Shown piece by piece: positions 45,200-54,074 of a stretch of 64,000 bases of DNA. The notes below the pieces were generated by a model that ran no database searches, was not told the origin of the DNA, and saw nothing but the letters and a program-made list of their open reading frames with translations. Where the stretch lies: the IMG/VR virus record IMGVR_UViG_3300037840_000505; one strand, given 5' to 3'. This DNA is from an uncultured virus (IMG/VR IMGVR_UViG_3300037840_000505). Taxonomy: Duplodnaviria; Heunggongvirae; Uroviricota; Caudoviricetes. The translations under genes were made by a program, and so were the position numbers. Position 1 is the first letter of the stretch; each line of letters opens with the position of its first letter.

Positions 45200-46150
45200 T
45201 CAACCGACTAGCACGTCCGGCAAGTCGCCGATGGTGGGCGCGATGGTGTTTGTGCCGGGTGCGCCCAAGCCCATTGTCGGCTTTGCCTCATCGCTGGATC
45301 GGCCGCCTTCGATCGGCAGCACAAAGGAACGCTGCGCCGGTGGCGGCTGGTGCTTGCGTTTGGCGCTCAGCACCTCGAGATGCTTTTTGACCCATTTCGG
45401 CATGGGATGCGCCTTGCGGTCACGAGCGAACGCCACGATGGCGCTATAGGGCAGCGCCTCTTCGATCGCGCTCATCTGAGGATAGCCGATCTCGATCCCG
45501 AAGAGCAGCGTCGCCTGGGCCCAGTTCACCGTCCATTGCTGGGCTGGCGTCAACGCTGGCTCAAGCTCCGCGTCGCCAAGCCTCTTTATATCGTTATAGT
45601 TATCTACGTTTACGGGATTTTGGGAATGTGACGCCTTCCCGTGACGCGGCGCAACACCGCGGCCGGGAACGCCATCTGTTTGATATCGCGTCGGTTTATA
45701 ATCCGTGAGGCGCGCTATCCCCGTCACGTCTCGCGTCACATGTGACGCTTGCGCCGTCACCGAAGCGTCACCAGCGTCACGCCCGTCACTCGCTGTGACG
45801 GTGGATAACCCGGGGGACAACTCGGCGGCTTTCCGCCGTGCGCGCAACGCTCGCATGCGCCGCGTGCCCGGCCGCAGCATGGCTTCGGCCGGCGCTTCCG
45901 GCGCATCGTCGACCAGGCGCCCGTCTTCGATCATGCCCAGATGCTCGAGCGCGCCCAGCGCACGGGCCGCCGCGCCTTCCCCGATGCTGATGCGCTCCGA
46001 GAGATAGGCGGTACGTCCCGCCATCGGCAGATCGGCGAGTTCCGGGCTGTCGCGCAGCTCGGCGCGGATCGCCAGGATGACCGAGCGCGGCAACCGCGCG
46101 TGCCGCGCTGCAGCGACACAGAGCAGGTGCGCTTTGAGGCAATCACACAT
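45200..46150 (-). CDS. Putative replication initiator (lambda O-like layout)
   Basis: Winged-HTH-like N-terminus, RRMRALRARRK basic helix, then a VT-rich linker encoded by iteron-like repeats. Confidence 0.6.
   Translation of the reverse strand: MCDCLKAHLLCVAAARHARLPRSVILAIRAELRDSPELADLPMAGRTAYLSERISIGEGAAARALGALEHLGMIEDGRLVDDAPEAPAEAMLRPGTRRMRALRARRKAAELSPGLSTVTASDGRDAGDASVTAQASHVTRDVTGIARLTDYKPTRYQTDGVPGRGVAPRHGKASHSQNPVNVDNYNDIKRLGDAELEPALTPAQQWTVNWAQATLLFGIEIGYPQMSAIEEALPYSAIVAFARDRKAHPMPKWVKKHLEVLSAKRKHQPPPAQRSFVLPIEGGRSSDEAKPTMGLGAPGTNTIAPTIGDLPDVLVG
45628..45810. repeat. Iteron-like CGTCAC cluster (candidate origin)
   Basis: Ten CGTCAC/GTGACG copies, a perfect palindrome GCGTCACATGTGACGC at 45733-45748, and a DnaA-box-like GGTGGATAA. 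Confidence 0.65.
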
Positions 46151-46177
46151 TGGCGCATTCCCTCGCGAAAATAGCTG

Positions 46178-46205
46178 TTGACAGGTGACAGAATGTCACT
46201 ATGCT
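46178..46205 (+). promoter_or_regulatory. Sigma70-type promoter with a palindromic operator in the spacer
   Basis: TTGACA-16bp-TATGCT; GTGACA-GAA-TGTCAC at 46185-46199. Confidence 0.75.
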
Positions 46206-46258
46206 TTGACCCGTTCGCCGCGGGCTGCAACCCCGGCACTCACCAACGGAGTAACGCG

Positions 46259-46435
46259 ATGAGCGATCTTTCCATGTCGGTCGGGCGCGATTACCGCACC
46301 TCGAGCCAGTACGAATATGTGATCTACCGCGATGAGCGCGTTGTCGCGCGGCAGGGTTTTTACCGCAACTACAGCCAAGCCAAACGCGCCGGGCTGGCAG
46401 CCGCGGCGAAGCTCACCGTTAAGACGGAGGCTTGA
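46259..46435 (+). CDS. Small early protein
   Basis: SD ACGGAG; first gene after the promoter. Confidence 0.65.
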   Translation: MSDLSMSVGRDYRTSSQYEYVIYRDERVVARQGFYRNYSQAKRAGLAAAAKLTVKTEA

Positions 46436-46438
46436 GCC

Positions 46439-46669
46439 ATGACCATACATTTGAGCGTCGATCCCGATGCCTCGCTGCTGGCTCGGCTCTACGAAGTCGA
46501 TATTCAGCGCTGCGGCGAGCACTGGGGAACCTTGAGCACCATCGCGTTGAGCCCGATGCGCGCCTGCGAGATTGCCGAGCGCAAGGCATTCGAGGCCAAC
46601 GCCCGCGCCGGCGATCTCTCGGACTGGTTCGCCAGTGCCGTGCGCGAAGTCACCGACGAGGAGGGTTGA
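46439..46669 (+). CDS. Small early protein
   Basis: SD GGAGG. Confidence 0.6.
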   Translation: MTIHLSVDPDASLLARLYEVDIQRCGEHWGTLSTIALSPMRACEIAERKAFEANARAGDLSDWFASAVREVTDEEG

Positions 46670-46672
46670 GCT

Positions 46673-46882
46673 ATGAACTACGCAATCGAGTGCCGGCGGG
46701 TGCACACTCGCGGCCATTGGCTGTTTCTCGGCAATCATCGGTGCGACTTGGCGACCGCGAAATGCGTTGCGCAAGACACCGCGACCGAATTGCAGCGCGA
46801 AACGCGGGTTGTGAATTATGGGAAAACCTTTCGCATCTTTGCCGAGTTTAGCGCGCTCGGGCAGCCCTTGCGGCCAGAATAG
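46673..46882 (+). CDS. Small early protein
   Basis: SD GAGGAGG. Confidence 0.55.
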   Translation: MNYAIECRRVHTRGHWLFLGNHRCDLATAKCVAQDTATELQRETRVVNYGKTFRIFAEFSALGQPLRPE

Positions 46883-46990
46883 CGCGACCCTGCTGTCTCG
46901 CCCGTACCTGGTGCGGGCGAGGTGGCAGGGCCGTCCGGCTCTGTACCCTGGCGCCGCCTGCAAGCGGTGCGACCCAACGGAGGATCTACG

Positions 46991-47860
46991 ATGTACGCCA
47001 ACACCATTTACGACGCCCGCGCTCGCTTCGACGGTTCCGCTCGCGCGATGACCGAGGACGAAATGCGCCGCAAGGCACCTTCGATCTTCGCGACCCAAGC
47101 GCACGAAAGCCGCTCCGAACGCTTTGCGCCCATCCCCACGATCGACGTCTTGCGCGGGCTGCAGGAAGAGGGATTTTACCCGCTCGCCTGCCGCCAGGCA
47201 CTTACCCGCGTCCCGGGCAAGGAGGATTTCACCAAGCACATGATCCGCCTGCGCCGATTGGATCAGGACGCCGCCTATAAAGTCGGCGACACGGTTTGCG
47301 AGATCGTTCTCAAAAATGCCAATGACGGCACGTCGGCCTATGATCTGATGGCCGGATTGTTCCGCATCCGGTGCTTGAACAGCCTTGTCGCGCAAACCGG
47401 GACGATAGACACCGTCAAGGTGCGGCACTCGGGCGACGTGCAAGGCAAGGTGATCGAGGGGACCTATCACGTGCTCGAGGAGGCGCAGAAAGCTTTGGCC
47501 GCACCGCAGGACTGGAGCCAGCTCACCATGGGACGCGACGCCAAGACGGTTTTTGCGGAAGCGGCGCACGTGCTGCGCTTCGGTGACGCGGAGGGTAATG
47601 TCACGACGCCGATCGCCGCGGACCAGCTGCTCAGCCCCCGGCGCTACGATGACCGGGCGGACGATCTGTGGACGACCTTCAATGTCGTGCAGGAGAACAC
47701 CATCAGGGGCGGCTTGCATGCCTGGGGACGCGACGCCAATAACCACCGGCGCCGCACCACAACCCGCGAGGTGAAGGGCATCGACCAGGACGTGAAGCTG
47801 AATAAAGCGCTTTTTGTCCTTGCCGATCGGATGGCGCATATCCTCAAATCGGCCGCCTAA
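46991..47860 (+). CDS. DUF932/DUF945 family protein
   Basis: APSIFA..AHESRSERF.PIPT, FTKHMIRLR, NANDGTSAY.L.AGLFRIRCLNSL, DLWTTFNVVQEN, DVKLNKAL. Confidence 0.92.
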   Translation: MYANTIYDARARFDGSARAMTEDEMRRKAPSIFATQAHESRSERFAPIPTIDVLRGLQEEGFYPLACRQALTRVPGKEDFTKHMIRLRRLDQDAAYKVGDTVCEIVLKNANDGTSAYDLMAGLFRIRCLNSLVAQTGTIDTVKVRHSGDVQGKVIEGTYHVLEEAQKALAAPQDWSQLTMGRDAKTVFAEAAHVLRFGDAEGNVTTPIAADQLLSPRRYDDRADDLWTTFNVVQENTIRGGLHAWGRDANNHRRRTTTREVKGIDQDVKLNKALFVLADRMAHILKSAA

Positions 47861-47872
47861 CCACGCAACGCA

Positions 47873-47910
47873 CGGGCGTCCTGGCTGCAACCAGGCGCCC
47901 GCCTTTTTTT
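47873..47910 (+). terminator. Intrinsic terminator-like hairpin with CTGCAA loop and T7 tract
   Basis: CGGGCGTCCTGG CTGCAA CCAGGCGCCCG CC TTTTTTT. Confidence 0.7.
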
Positions 47911-47923
47911 CGGAGCACAGGCA

Positions 47924-48133
47924 ATGACGCTGTACGAAGCCTATTTGGCCGGCTGGCAAAGCTGCTGCGATGGGGTTGACGGCCGATATTGGTTTACGCG
48001 ACCGCAGGACGTGGAACGCGAGCCCGCGCTGAGACGCGCGTGGCAACAAGGATGGAGCGACGCATTCGAGCGCGAAGAAGAGGACGAAGAGCCGTTGCCC
48101 GAAAGCTTCCTGTCGTTGGAAGATCAGACGTAA
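47924..48133 (+). CDS. Rmf/CrpP-fold-like small protein
   Basis: AYLAGW....G...RRAWQQGWSDA. Confidence 0.55.
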   Translation: MTLYEAYLAGWQSCCDGVDGRYWFTRPQDVEREPALRRAWQQGWSDAFEREEEDEEPLPESFLSLEDQT

Positions 48134-48242
48134 GCGCGGTCGCGGGCGGCGCCCCTGCAAGGGCCCGCCCGCTGCCCGCATTATCCCTCGCGACGCCAAC
48201 GGAGCCGTCGGGAGGGGATACGAGAGAAAAGGGGATATCACG

Positions 48243-48461
48243 ATGTCAGCAGCGGAATTCAAGGCATGGCGCGAGCGTCTGGGGTTGAGCCAGCGCGGCG
48301 CCGCGGCGCGGCTTGGCCTCTCCAAGCGCACGATCATCCGCTACGAGAAAGGCACGCACCGGGTCAACCGTCATGTCGCGTTGTCCTGCGCGATTGCCGA
48401 AAGCATGGTCAAGCCTCACCCGAAGGCCGCGCGCGCGGCGCTGCAGCCCGTCGAGGAATAG
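48243..48461 (+). CDS. XRE-family HTH regulator
   Basis: FKAWRERLGLSQRGAAARLGLSKRTIIRYEKG. Confidence 0.9.
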   Translation: MSAAEFKAWRERLGLSQRGAAARLGLSKRTIIRYEKGTHRVNRHVALSCAIAESMVKPHPKAARAALQPVEE

Positions 48462-48826
48462 GTGAGCGGCGCATTGCCGAGCTTCAGGGGCGAACCCGGA
48501 TCCAGCCGGGCTCGAGGATCATCGGTAAACCTCGGCCCTTCCCATACCGGGTGAGGAATGCGCGGCCTCACTCCGCCCATGTTGCCGGTGCGCGCGCGAC
48601 CCGCTTGCGCCTTTTTGATACGGTCGGCATTGGCCTCGGCCTTTTCCTCCCGAGTGCGCTCGCGCAGTTCGATGCCTTTGTCGCGCAGGCGCTTCAATCG
48701 GCCACCGATCGCGAATTCGTTGCGCCGCGGCATCTCTGCCGCGATCTCGAAGGCGCGCTTGCCGGCGTTCCACGCGAGGATCAGGATTTCGTCTTCAACC
48801 GAGGACCATTTAGGGGATGTGCTCAT
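48416..48826 (-). CDS. GcrA-like HTH protein
   Basis: WSSVEDEIL..AWNAGKRAFEIAAEM.RR...AIGGRLKRL. Confidence 0.7.
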   Translation of the reverse strand: MSTSPKWSSVEDEILILAWNAGKRAFEIAAEMPRRNEFAIGGRLKRLRDKGIELRERTREEKAEANADRIKKAQAGRARTGNMGGVRPRIPHPVWEGPRFTDDPRARLDPGSPLKLGNAPLTYSSTGCSAARAAFG

Positions 48827-49224
48827 AGTAGCCTCTTGCCAAATTCGAGGGTTTCCAGGACGGCTTTAGCCTGCTCGCGGAGTTCGGCGCGCTCGCGATC
48901 GGTCCTTGCGTGATTGATCCGGCTTTTGAGGTGCGAGGGCATCATGGACCAGTGGCCGGAGCACCAGCTACGGCCCAAAGGCACGTCGCGCTCGCATCCG
49001 ATCGCCTGGCATTTCGGCAAAATGGGCTCGCGTCGGTGGATTGGCGTCGTATCATCAGGCGAGAGTTTGAGGACGTCGTCACCCAGCGGCGGCAGCACTT
49101 CGAGCCCGTCGGCGCACGCATCGGGAGTGCGGCAGGCCGCGGGCAAGCGGATCTGCTGGTCGTCGATCGTCTCGGCAACCGCCAGGCATATAGGGCACTG
49201 GAAGAATTCGTGGACGACGCTCAC
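48823..49224 (-). CDS. Zn-finger protein
   Basis: CPIC...C...C and CQAIGC...CSGHW. Confidence 0.65.
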   Translation of the reverse strand: MSVVHEFFQCPICLAVAETIDDQQIRLPAACRTPDACADGLEVLPPLGDDVLKLSPDDTTPIHRREPILPKCQAIGCERDVPLGRSWCSGHWSMMPSHLKSRINHARTDRERAELREQAKAVLETLEFGKRLL

Positions 49225-49565
49225 GGCCCGGCGTCCTTGCGGCGATGCCGAGCGATTTCGCGCTCGATGTGCACCTGCGCCTTCAAGAGATCGAGTAGCG
49301 CGCCGTTGCCCGGCTTGCGGCCGGCGCGCACGATGTATTTGACGATGGCGCCGCAGTTGTAGTTGAGCCCGAACGCCTCGATCACATCGCGGATGTCATG
49401 ACCGTCGGCGATGTAGTAATCCGCCGTCGCTGCCCACGGCCGAGGTGCGAAATCGCCGGTAATGCTACCCGGCTTCGCAGGCGCCGCGACGTTTTCGGAT
49501 TGCCAATTCGGGCAGAGCGAGTGCTCGCTGAAGCACCGGCAATCCGGGCCGATCAAGCAGCTCAT
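49221..49565 (-). CDS. DUF3310 (SaV-like) protein
   Basis: DVIEAFGLNYNCGAIVKYIVRAGRK...DLLKA. Confidence 0.85.
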   Translation of the reverse strand: MSCLIGPDCRCFSEHSLCPNWQSENVAAPAKPGSITGDFAPRPWAATADYYIADGHDIRDVIEAFGLNYNCGAIVKYIVRAGRKPGNGALLDLLKAQVHIEREIARHRRKDAGP

Positions 49566-49813
49566 TCGACCGCTCCGGGCTGAGCACGGGGAGCGAGGCT
49601 CGGGCGAGCGAGCTTCCCATTGCGCTGCGCTACAGCCCTTGTCGCTAGTACCGGGTCGATCCGGTCCAGCGCTGCGACATCGGCAAAGAGCGCTACACAC
49701 CCATCGCAGATATGCGGGGCCAAGGCTCCCAGCCCCTGGAAGAGGAGGGATACCTCGCTCTTCCCCTGGGCACAGAAAGAGCAATGGAGGTTGAGGTTGG
49801 GGCGGGTGGTCAT
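49562..49813 (-). CDS. Stand-alone ClpX C4-type zinc finger protein
   Basis: HCSFCAQGKSEVSLLFQG...HICDGCVAL. Confidence 0.8.
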   Translation of the reverse strand: MTTRPNLNLHCSFCAQGKSEVSLLFQGLGALAPHICDGCVALFADVAALDRIDPVLATRAVAQRNGKLARPSLAPRAQPGAVE

Positions 49814-50496
49814 GCCGGATCATCCAGCCAGAAGGTGATCGGAGGGCCTTCATGCCGCCAATCCCAGAGATACCAGGCATAGGGGAAACGGGGGCTAGCC
49901 TTGTCGTCATCCGACCATTTGGGGCGGCGCGGGAGGATCAGCTTTGCCGCGTAGGGCCAGGCGAAGAGCGGGCGGTTGATGGCTGGCGCGTCGAATTCGT
50001 GGCGCTGCAGGATCGCGACCTTCCCTCTCCAAGGCTCAGTCACGATCAGCGCCTGCCGAACGAATTCACGCGCGAGATCGAATGGCGGATTGGTGACGAC
50101 CGCCGGCATTCGTTGCGGCCGGCGCCGGTCGTGCACGAAGTCGATTATCTGTGTGTCCGGCCAGCCGTAATCATGGATATCCGAGGCGAAGACGCGATAT
50201 CCGGCGCGCTCCAGTTCGGCTGCCATGCGGCCATCGCCAACCGCCGGCTCCCACACTTCAACTACCGTATCGGGCTGTGTGACCGCAGTACCCGGCAACT
50301 GAAGTCGAAACGACACTTCCGCCAGCAGCGCCCGCGTCACCCACGGTTCGGTAAAGTACGCATCCCTGGCATTGCGCACATACCCGGCTTCACCGTGACT
50401 CGCGCTCTTGCGTGCCGGGGCGACCGGACCGAGGAGATCGGCCTCATCCGGCCGCTCGGCGCTGCGCTTGAAGGTGGCGTTGCCGAGCGGGCTCAT
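49810..50496 (-). CDS. Amino-DNA methyltransferase (N6-adenine type)
   Basis: DAYFTEPW, WEPAVGDGRM, SDI, VVTNPPF, YAWYLWD. Confidence 0.85.
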   Translation of the reverse strand: MSPLGNATFKRSAERPDEADLLGPVAPARKSASHGEAGYVRNARDAYFTEPWVTRALLAEVSFRLQLPGTAVTQPDTVVEVWEPAVGDGRMAAELERAGYRVFASDIHDYGWPDTQIIDFVHDRRRPQRMPAVVTNPPFDLAREFVRQALIVTEPWRGKVAILQRHEFDAPAINRPLFAWPYAAKLILPRRPKWSDDDKASPRFPYAWYLWDWRHEGPPITFWLDDPA

Positions 50497-50551
50497 CGCC
50501 GCACCCAATTACTGGCGTCGCCCGGGCTGCGCTCGAACGATTTCACGACGC

Positions 50552-50788
50552 TCATTGCCGGTAATCCCGCATATGGCCTATCACGCGGCCCTCGCGCCAG
50601 ATCGCGCCATCCGGCTCGACATGCGCATAGCTCGGCGGCGGCTTCAGCGCGGTGCCGTCGCGGTCAACCTGGTCGAGGTAGCACAGCGCGCCGCTTCCGT
50701 CGTCGTGCCTGACGTAGCGCACCGGGACGCCGTCGATGGTGAATTCGCCGATCACCTCGCCGAGCTTCACGCCACAGGGCTCAGCCAT
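50552..50788 (-). CDS. Hypothetical protein
   Basis: 78 aa; coupled start. Confidence 0.6.
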   Translation of the reverse strand: MAEPCGVKLGEVIGEFTIDGVPVRYVRHDDGSGALCYLDQVDRDGTALKPPPSYAHVEPDGAIWREGRVIGHMRDYRQ

Positions 50789-51002
50789 TGCCGCCCTCCA
50801 GCGCTCGCCGCTCTACCTCGCGACCGAGATCAGTAAGAACGAATCGATTGGAGCGCGGATCGTATATCGTCCAACCACGCTCGATGCTCCGGCGCAACCG
50901 AGCGCGCCGAGCTTTCGAGATTGGCCGCCGCGCAGGAGCCCGATCAAACGCCCGCATCTGCTCGCCGATCGACAGCACGGGAAAAGGGGCCTGCTCAGCC
51001 AT
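50781..51002 (-). CDS. Hypothetical protein flanked by 18-bp direct repeats
   Basis: MAEQ...LTDLGREV...GGNG. Confidence 0.55.
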   Translation of the reverse strand: MAEQAPFPVLSIGEQMRAFDRAPARRPISKARRARLRRSIERGWTIYDPRSNRFVLTDLGREVERRALEGGNG

Positions 51003-51122
51003 TGCCGCCCGCCCGCGCCAGGGCCATGCGCTTCCTTGTTGCGGCGGCGCGTTTCGCCAGGAGCTGGCCGGCGACACGCGCCTTGCTGCCGAACTGGCGA
51101 TGAACTGTAAGGCTGCCGGCGC

Positions 51123-51365
51123 TCATCGCCGCACCCTGCGGATCGGGATGATCTGAGCCTCGGGTTTGGGCTCAACCAGCTGCAGCCAGAACGGCAACCC
51201 CTTGTCGTTCAACCGGTCGATCAGCCGCTGGGCTTTTGATTCGGCGTCCTGTTGGGTCTCTCCGAGGACGATCAATTCCGGGCAGAGGTCATTATCCTTG
51301 AAGACCTGGCAGAGACACGCCGGGGATTGACCGAAGGAGGGGCCGAGGCGGTAGGGCTTCGTCAT
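51123..51365 (-). CDS. Hypothetical protein
   Basis: 80 aa; ATGA overlap. Confidence 0.55.
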   Translation of the reverse strand: MTKPYRLGPSFGQSPACLCQVFKDNDLCPELIVLGETQQDAESKAQRLIDRLNDKGLPFWLQLVEPKPEAQIIPIRRVRR

Positions 51366-52546
51366 GCCGGCGCCCCCTTCGGTAGGGCGAGGGGTTTCAG
51401 CCCATCAGCGGCCCTCAGCTGGTTCGCTAGATCGTAGAGGCGCTGCAGCGAGCTCGGCTTGCCGTCGAGCACCACTTCGACTTTCTCAAGCCAAACCGTT
51501 CGGCCATCTTGCGCGTCGGAAGGCTGGCCCTCGCGAATGATCGCGCTTCGGCCTTTGCCGCGCAGAAACGCCGCGACCTGCTCCGGCGATTGCACCAGGC
51601 TCACGCCCTTCTCGGCGATGAATTTGGCAATCGCGTCTCCGTCGGGCCCGGCGGGCTTCGGTTTCAGCGGCGGGGCTGTTGGCCGCAACGGCACCGCGGC
51701 GCGCGGGACAACCGGTCTAGCCGGTTCCGGCGCAGCGAGCGGCTTGGCTGCGGCGGCGCGTTGCGGCGTCAGCGCTCCGCGCAGCCCCGCGACGAGGAGC
51801 GGGATCGCGCCGGAACCACCGAGCCCGAGCGGGCTTGTCGCCGCCCATCGCTCGGGGCCGAGTTTTTCGAGCGCCCGGCGCAGCTCTTCGGCGCTTCCGT
51901 TTTCGTTCAGGAACCGCGCCGCCGCCTCAAAGAACGCGCCGTGCAATACTCCCCGTTCGCGGCCCCAGCACGCCATCAGCACCGCGATGGCAGAACCGAG
52001 ATTAGCCGCGCCCTGGGTTTTCAGCGCCCTGCGCAGCGACGGGATCGCCGCGGTTTTGCCTGGCGGCACCTGTTTGATCGCCATCGCGTAACCGAGCAAT
52101 TCGAGACCGGCCGCATCGGCAAGGCGCTTGAGTTCTACCGCCTCCGGGCGCCCCGCGAGCAATTCCCCCTTGAATAGAGCTTGTGGGCTAAGCCCAAGGC
52201 GGTCGCGGTTCGCCGACGCGAAGATTTCAGCGGCCTGGTCAGTCGAGGTGACGCCGACGACGACCGCCGGCACCAGCGGCTGGCCGACCGCCCGCGCCGC
52301 GGCGACGCGGTGCTGGCCGTCGATAATTTCCCAACGGCCGCCCTCCTTCGCCATGACGATGACGACCTGAAACTTCGCCCAGCGAAAATTCGCGGCTATT
52401 CGGGCGATATGACGCTGCGAGGCAGGACGGTCGATCGTGCGCTGATACGCCTCATCGACGTCGAGCCGGTCGACCGGGAGCCACGCGAGCTCCGGACGCG
52501 GACCCGGACCGGGCGCGTCGGCAGCGTTCAGCACCGCGTCCACCAC
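51362..52546 (-). CDS. ParB-like (DUF6551) protein
   Basis: WLPVDRLDVDEAYQR...IAANFRW...IIDGQHRVAAA...FASAN. Confidence 0.85.
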   Translation of the reverse strand: MVDAVLNAADAPGPGPRPELAWLPVDRLDVDEAYQRTIDRPASQRHIARIAANFRWAKFQVVIVMAKEGGRWEIIDGQHRVAAARAVGQPLVPAVVVGVTSTDQAAEIFASANRDRLGLSPQALFKGELLAGRPEAVELKRLADAAGLELLGYAMAIKQVPPGKTAAIPSLRRALKTQGAANLGSAIAVLMACWGRERGVLHGAFFEAAARFLNENGSAEELRRALEKLGPERWAATSPLGLGGSGAIPLLVAGLRGALTPQRAAAAKPLAAPEPARPVVPRAAVPLRPTAPPLKPKPAGPDGDAIAKFIAEKGVSLVQSPEQVAAFLRGKGRSAIIREGQPSDAQDGRTVWLEKVEVVLDGKPSSLQRLYDLANQLRAADGLKPLALPKGAPA

Positions 52547-52806
52547 GGACCTTCAGCGGGTTCTTCGGCGAGTTCTTTATCACCCTCGGCGCTCAGCCAG
52601 TTGCCTTCCCTGCGGGTGACCGCGCGCGTCCCGGTGACCCGGTTGACGATCTCGACCTCGCCTTCGGGCCAATGCTCGTCCGCCCATCCTTGGGCGCCGA
52701 GGAGCGACTTGAAATGCTTGGGTCCATGGATGCCGCGCCTGGCGCTCCACGGCCGCTCCAGGCGCCTATCGTGCTGTTCCTTGCGGCTCAGCATCGCCTC
52801 AGCCAC
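52528..52806 (-). CDS. Hypothetical protein
   Basis: 92 aa ORF in the operon. Confidence 0.5.
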   Translation of the reverse strand: MAEAMLSRKEQHDRRLERPWSARRGIHGPKHFKSLLGAQGWADEHWPEGEVEIVNRVTGTRAVTRREGNWLSAEGDKELAEEPAEGPWWTRC

Positions 52807-52888
52807 AGATAAAGCTTCTCAAGACAGCCCATCGCAAAGGCAAACCCGCAGCTAATACTGACGAGCGAGACCAGGAGGAAAAGATCGC

Positions 52889-53413
52889 TCACGGATGCGC
52901 CGCCTCGGCTTCGGTCTCGCGCTTGACGAGCAAAACCGAGAACCCTCCCCGGCCGAAAAGATAATTGAGCGCGCGCCGCCAGTTAAGGGAACGCAGTTCA
53001 TCCGCTCCCGAGTAGGCGATGCCTTGATCCGCCAGAGCCGCGCGGATGACGTGAAGGACAACCGATTTGCCGGCACCTTCGGGCCCGCTTACCTCGACGG
53101 TTACTGGGTGCAGCTGGCGTGCGGCCGGCGGCGGGGCGCGATCTACGTCTGACCCCTCCCCGCCGGCCTTCTCCTCGCTCGGTGTATCCCAGGATGCGGC
53201 GACTAACTCAACCACGTCCCCGTATAGTTGGGTGGCAATGCCCAGCGCGTCCTCTGCGCGCGTCGGCGCCATCGGGCACGGTATCGGCTCGGGCAGCTGT
53301 GGCGCCGCGGATTCGCCGTTGCGCCAGCGCTCCAAGGCTTCGGCGCGCCGGTTGAACTCGGGCGCAGCCATATTGGCTTTGGCACGGAAGCGAGTCTTGA
53401 AGAAGGCCGTCAT
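52889..53413 (-). CDS. Hypothetical protein with P-loop-like GPEGAGKS
   Basis: VEVSGPEGAGKS near the C-terminus. Confidence 0.55.
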   Translation of the reverse strand: MTAFFKTRFRAKANMAAPEFNRRAEALERWRNGESAAPQLPEPIPCPMAPTRAEDALGIATQLYGDVVELVAASWDTPSEEKAGGEGSDVDRAPPPAARQLHPVTVEVSGPEGAGKSVVLHVIRAALADQGIAYSGADELRSLNWRRALNYLFGRGGFSVLLVKRETEAEAAHP

Positions 53414-53820
53414 GCGACAGCCTCAAGATCGGCTGCCTCGATCCTCGGCGGGAGCGCCGGGAGGGCGAGCTCGACCCTGCCGTCATCGGCCTTCCATTGC
53501 CGGCGCATGCCGTGCGACAGCGGCCACAGGCTCTCGGCGGCGCCGGGAAACTCTTTGATATGCTCTTCGATATCTTCGAGGACATGATCGAAGACCCAGC
53601 CCCCGCAGTTGAGCACGAGCCATTCCGTCGCGACCGTGCAGTGCCGGCAGGTGAAATGCGTCAGCGGGTCACCGTCGTAGACCATGAAAATGCGGCGATA
53701 CCGCTCACCCGGCTCGATCGCGCGACGACACTCGCTACAGCTGTAGGGCTTGCGCGCGATCGGGTTTACTTCGGACCTAACCGTTGGGCCGTCACCGTCA
53801 TAGTCGCCGCCCATGCACAT
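53410..53820 (-). CDS. Zn-binding phage protein
   Basis: ARKPYSCSECRRAIEPGERY...TCRHC. Confidence 0.75.
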   Translation of the reverse strand: MCMGGDYDGDGPTVRSEVNPIARKPYSCSECRRAIEPGERYRRIFMVYDGDPLTHFTCRHCTVATEWLVLNCGGWVFDHVLEDIEEHIKEFPGAAESLWPLSHGMRRQWKADDGRVELALPALPPRIEAADLEAVA

Positions 53821-54074
53821 CACGCAGCCTCCGGGCTCTGGAAGAACCCGCGCGCGTGAAGAAAGGCGCGCCCGTCATCGTCGAGCGGCTCCAACGCGAG
53901 GCACTGGGCGACCCAGCTTTCGTCGCCGGCGAGCGCGCGCAGCGCGTCGTAGAGCTGTTCGCCCGTGGGGCGCTGGCGCTGGGTGGTGCGGTCCACGGTT
54001 TCCCCCTTCTCTTCAGCCCAATAACCGGGTGCCTCTTTGCGCCATCGCCTCGGGGGAGGAGGCGATTCGCCCGA

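Noticed and set aside
45628..45810. CRISPR array or mini-array
   Set aside because: Units are 6 bp with irregular spacing and no spacers; no cas genes.
52889..53413. Functional NTPase or helicase loader
   Set aside because: Only a P-loop-like string near the C-terminus; too little sequence follows for a full NTPase fold.
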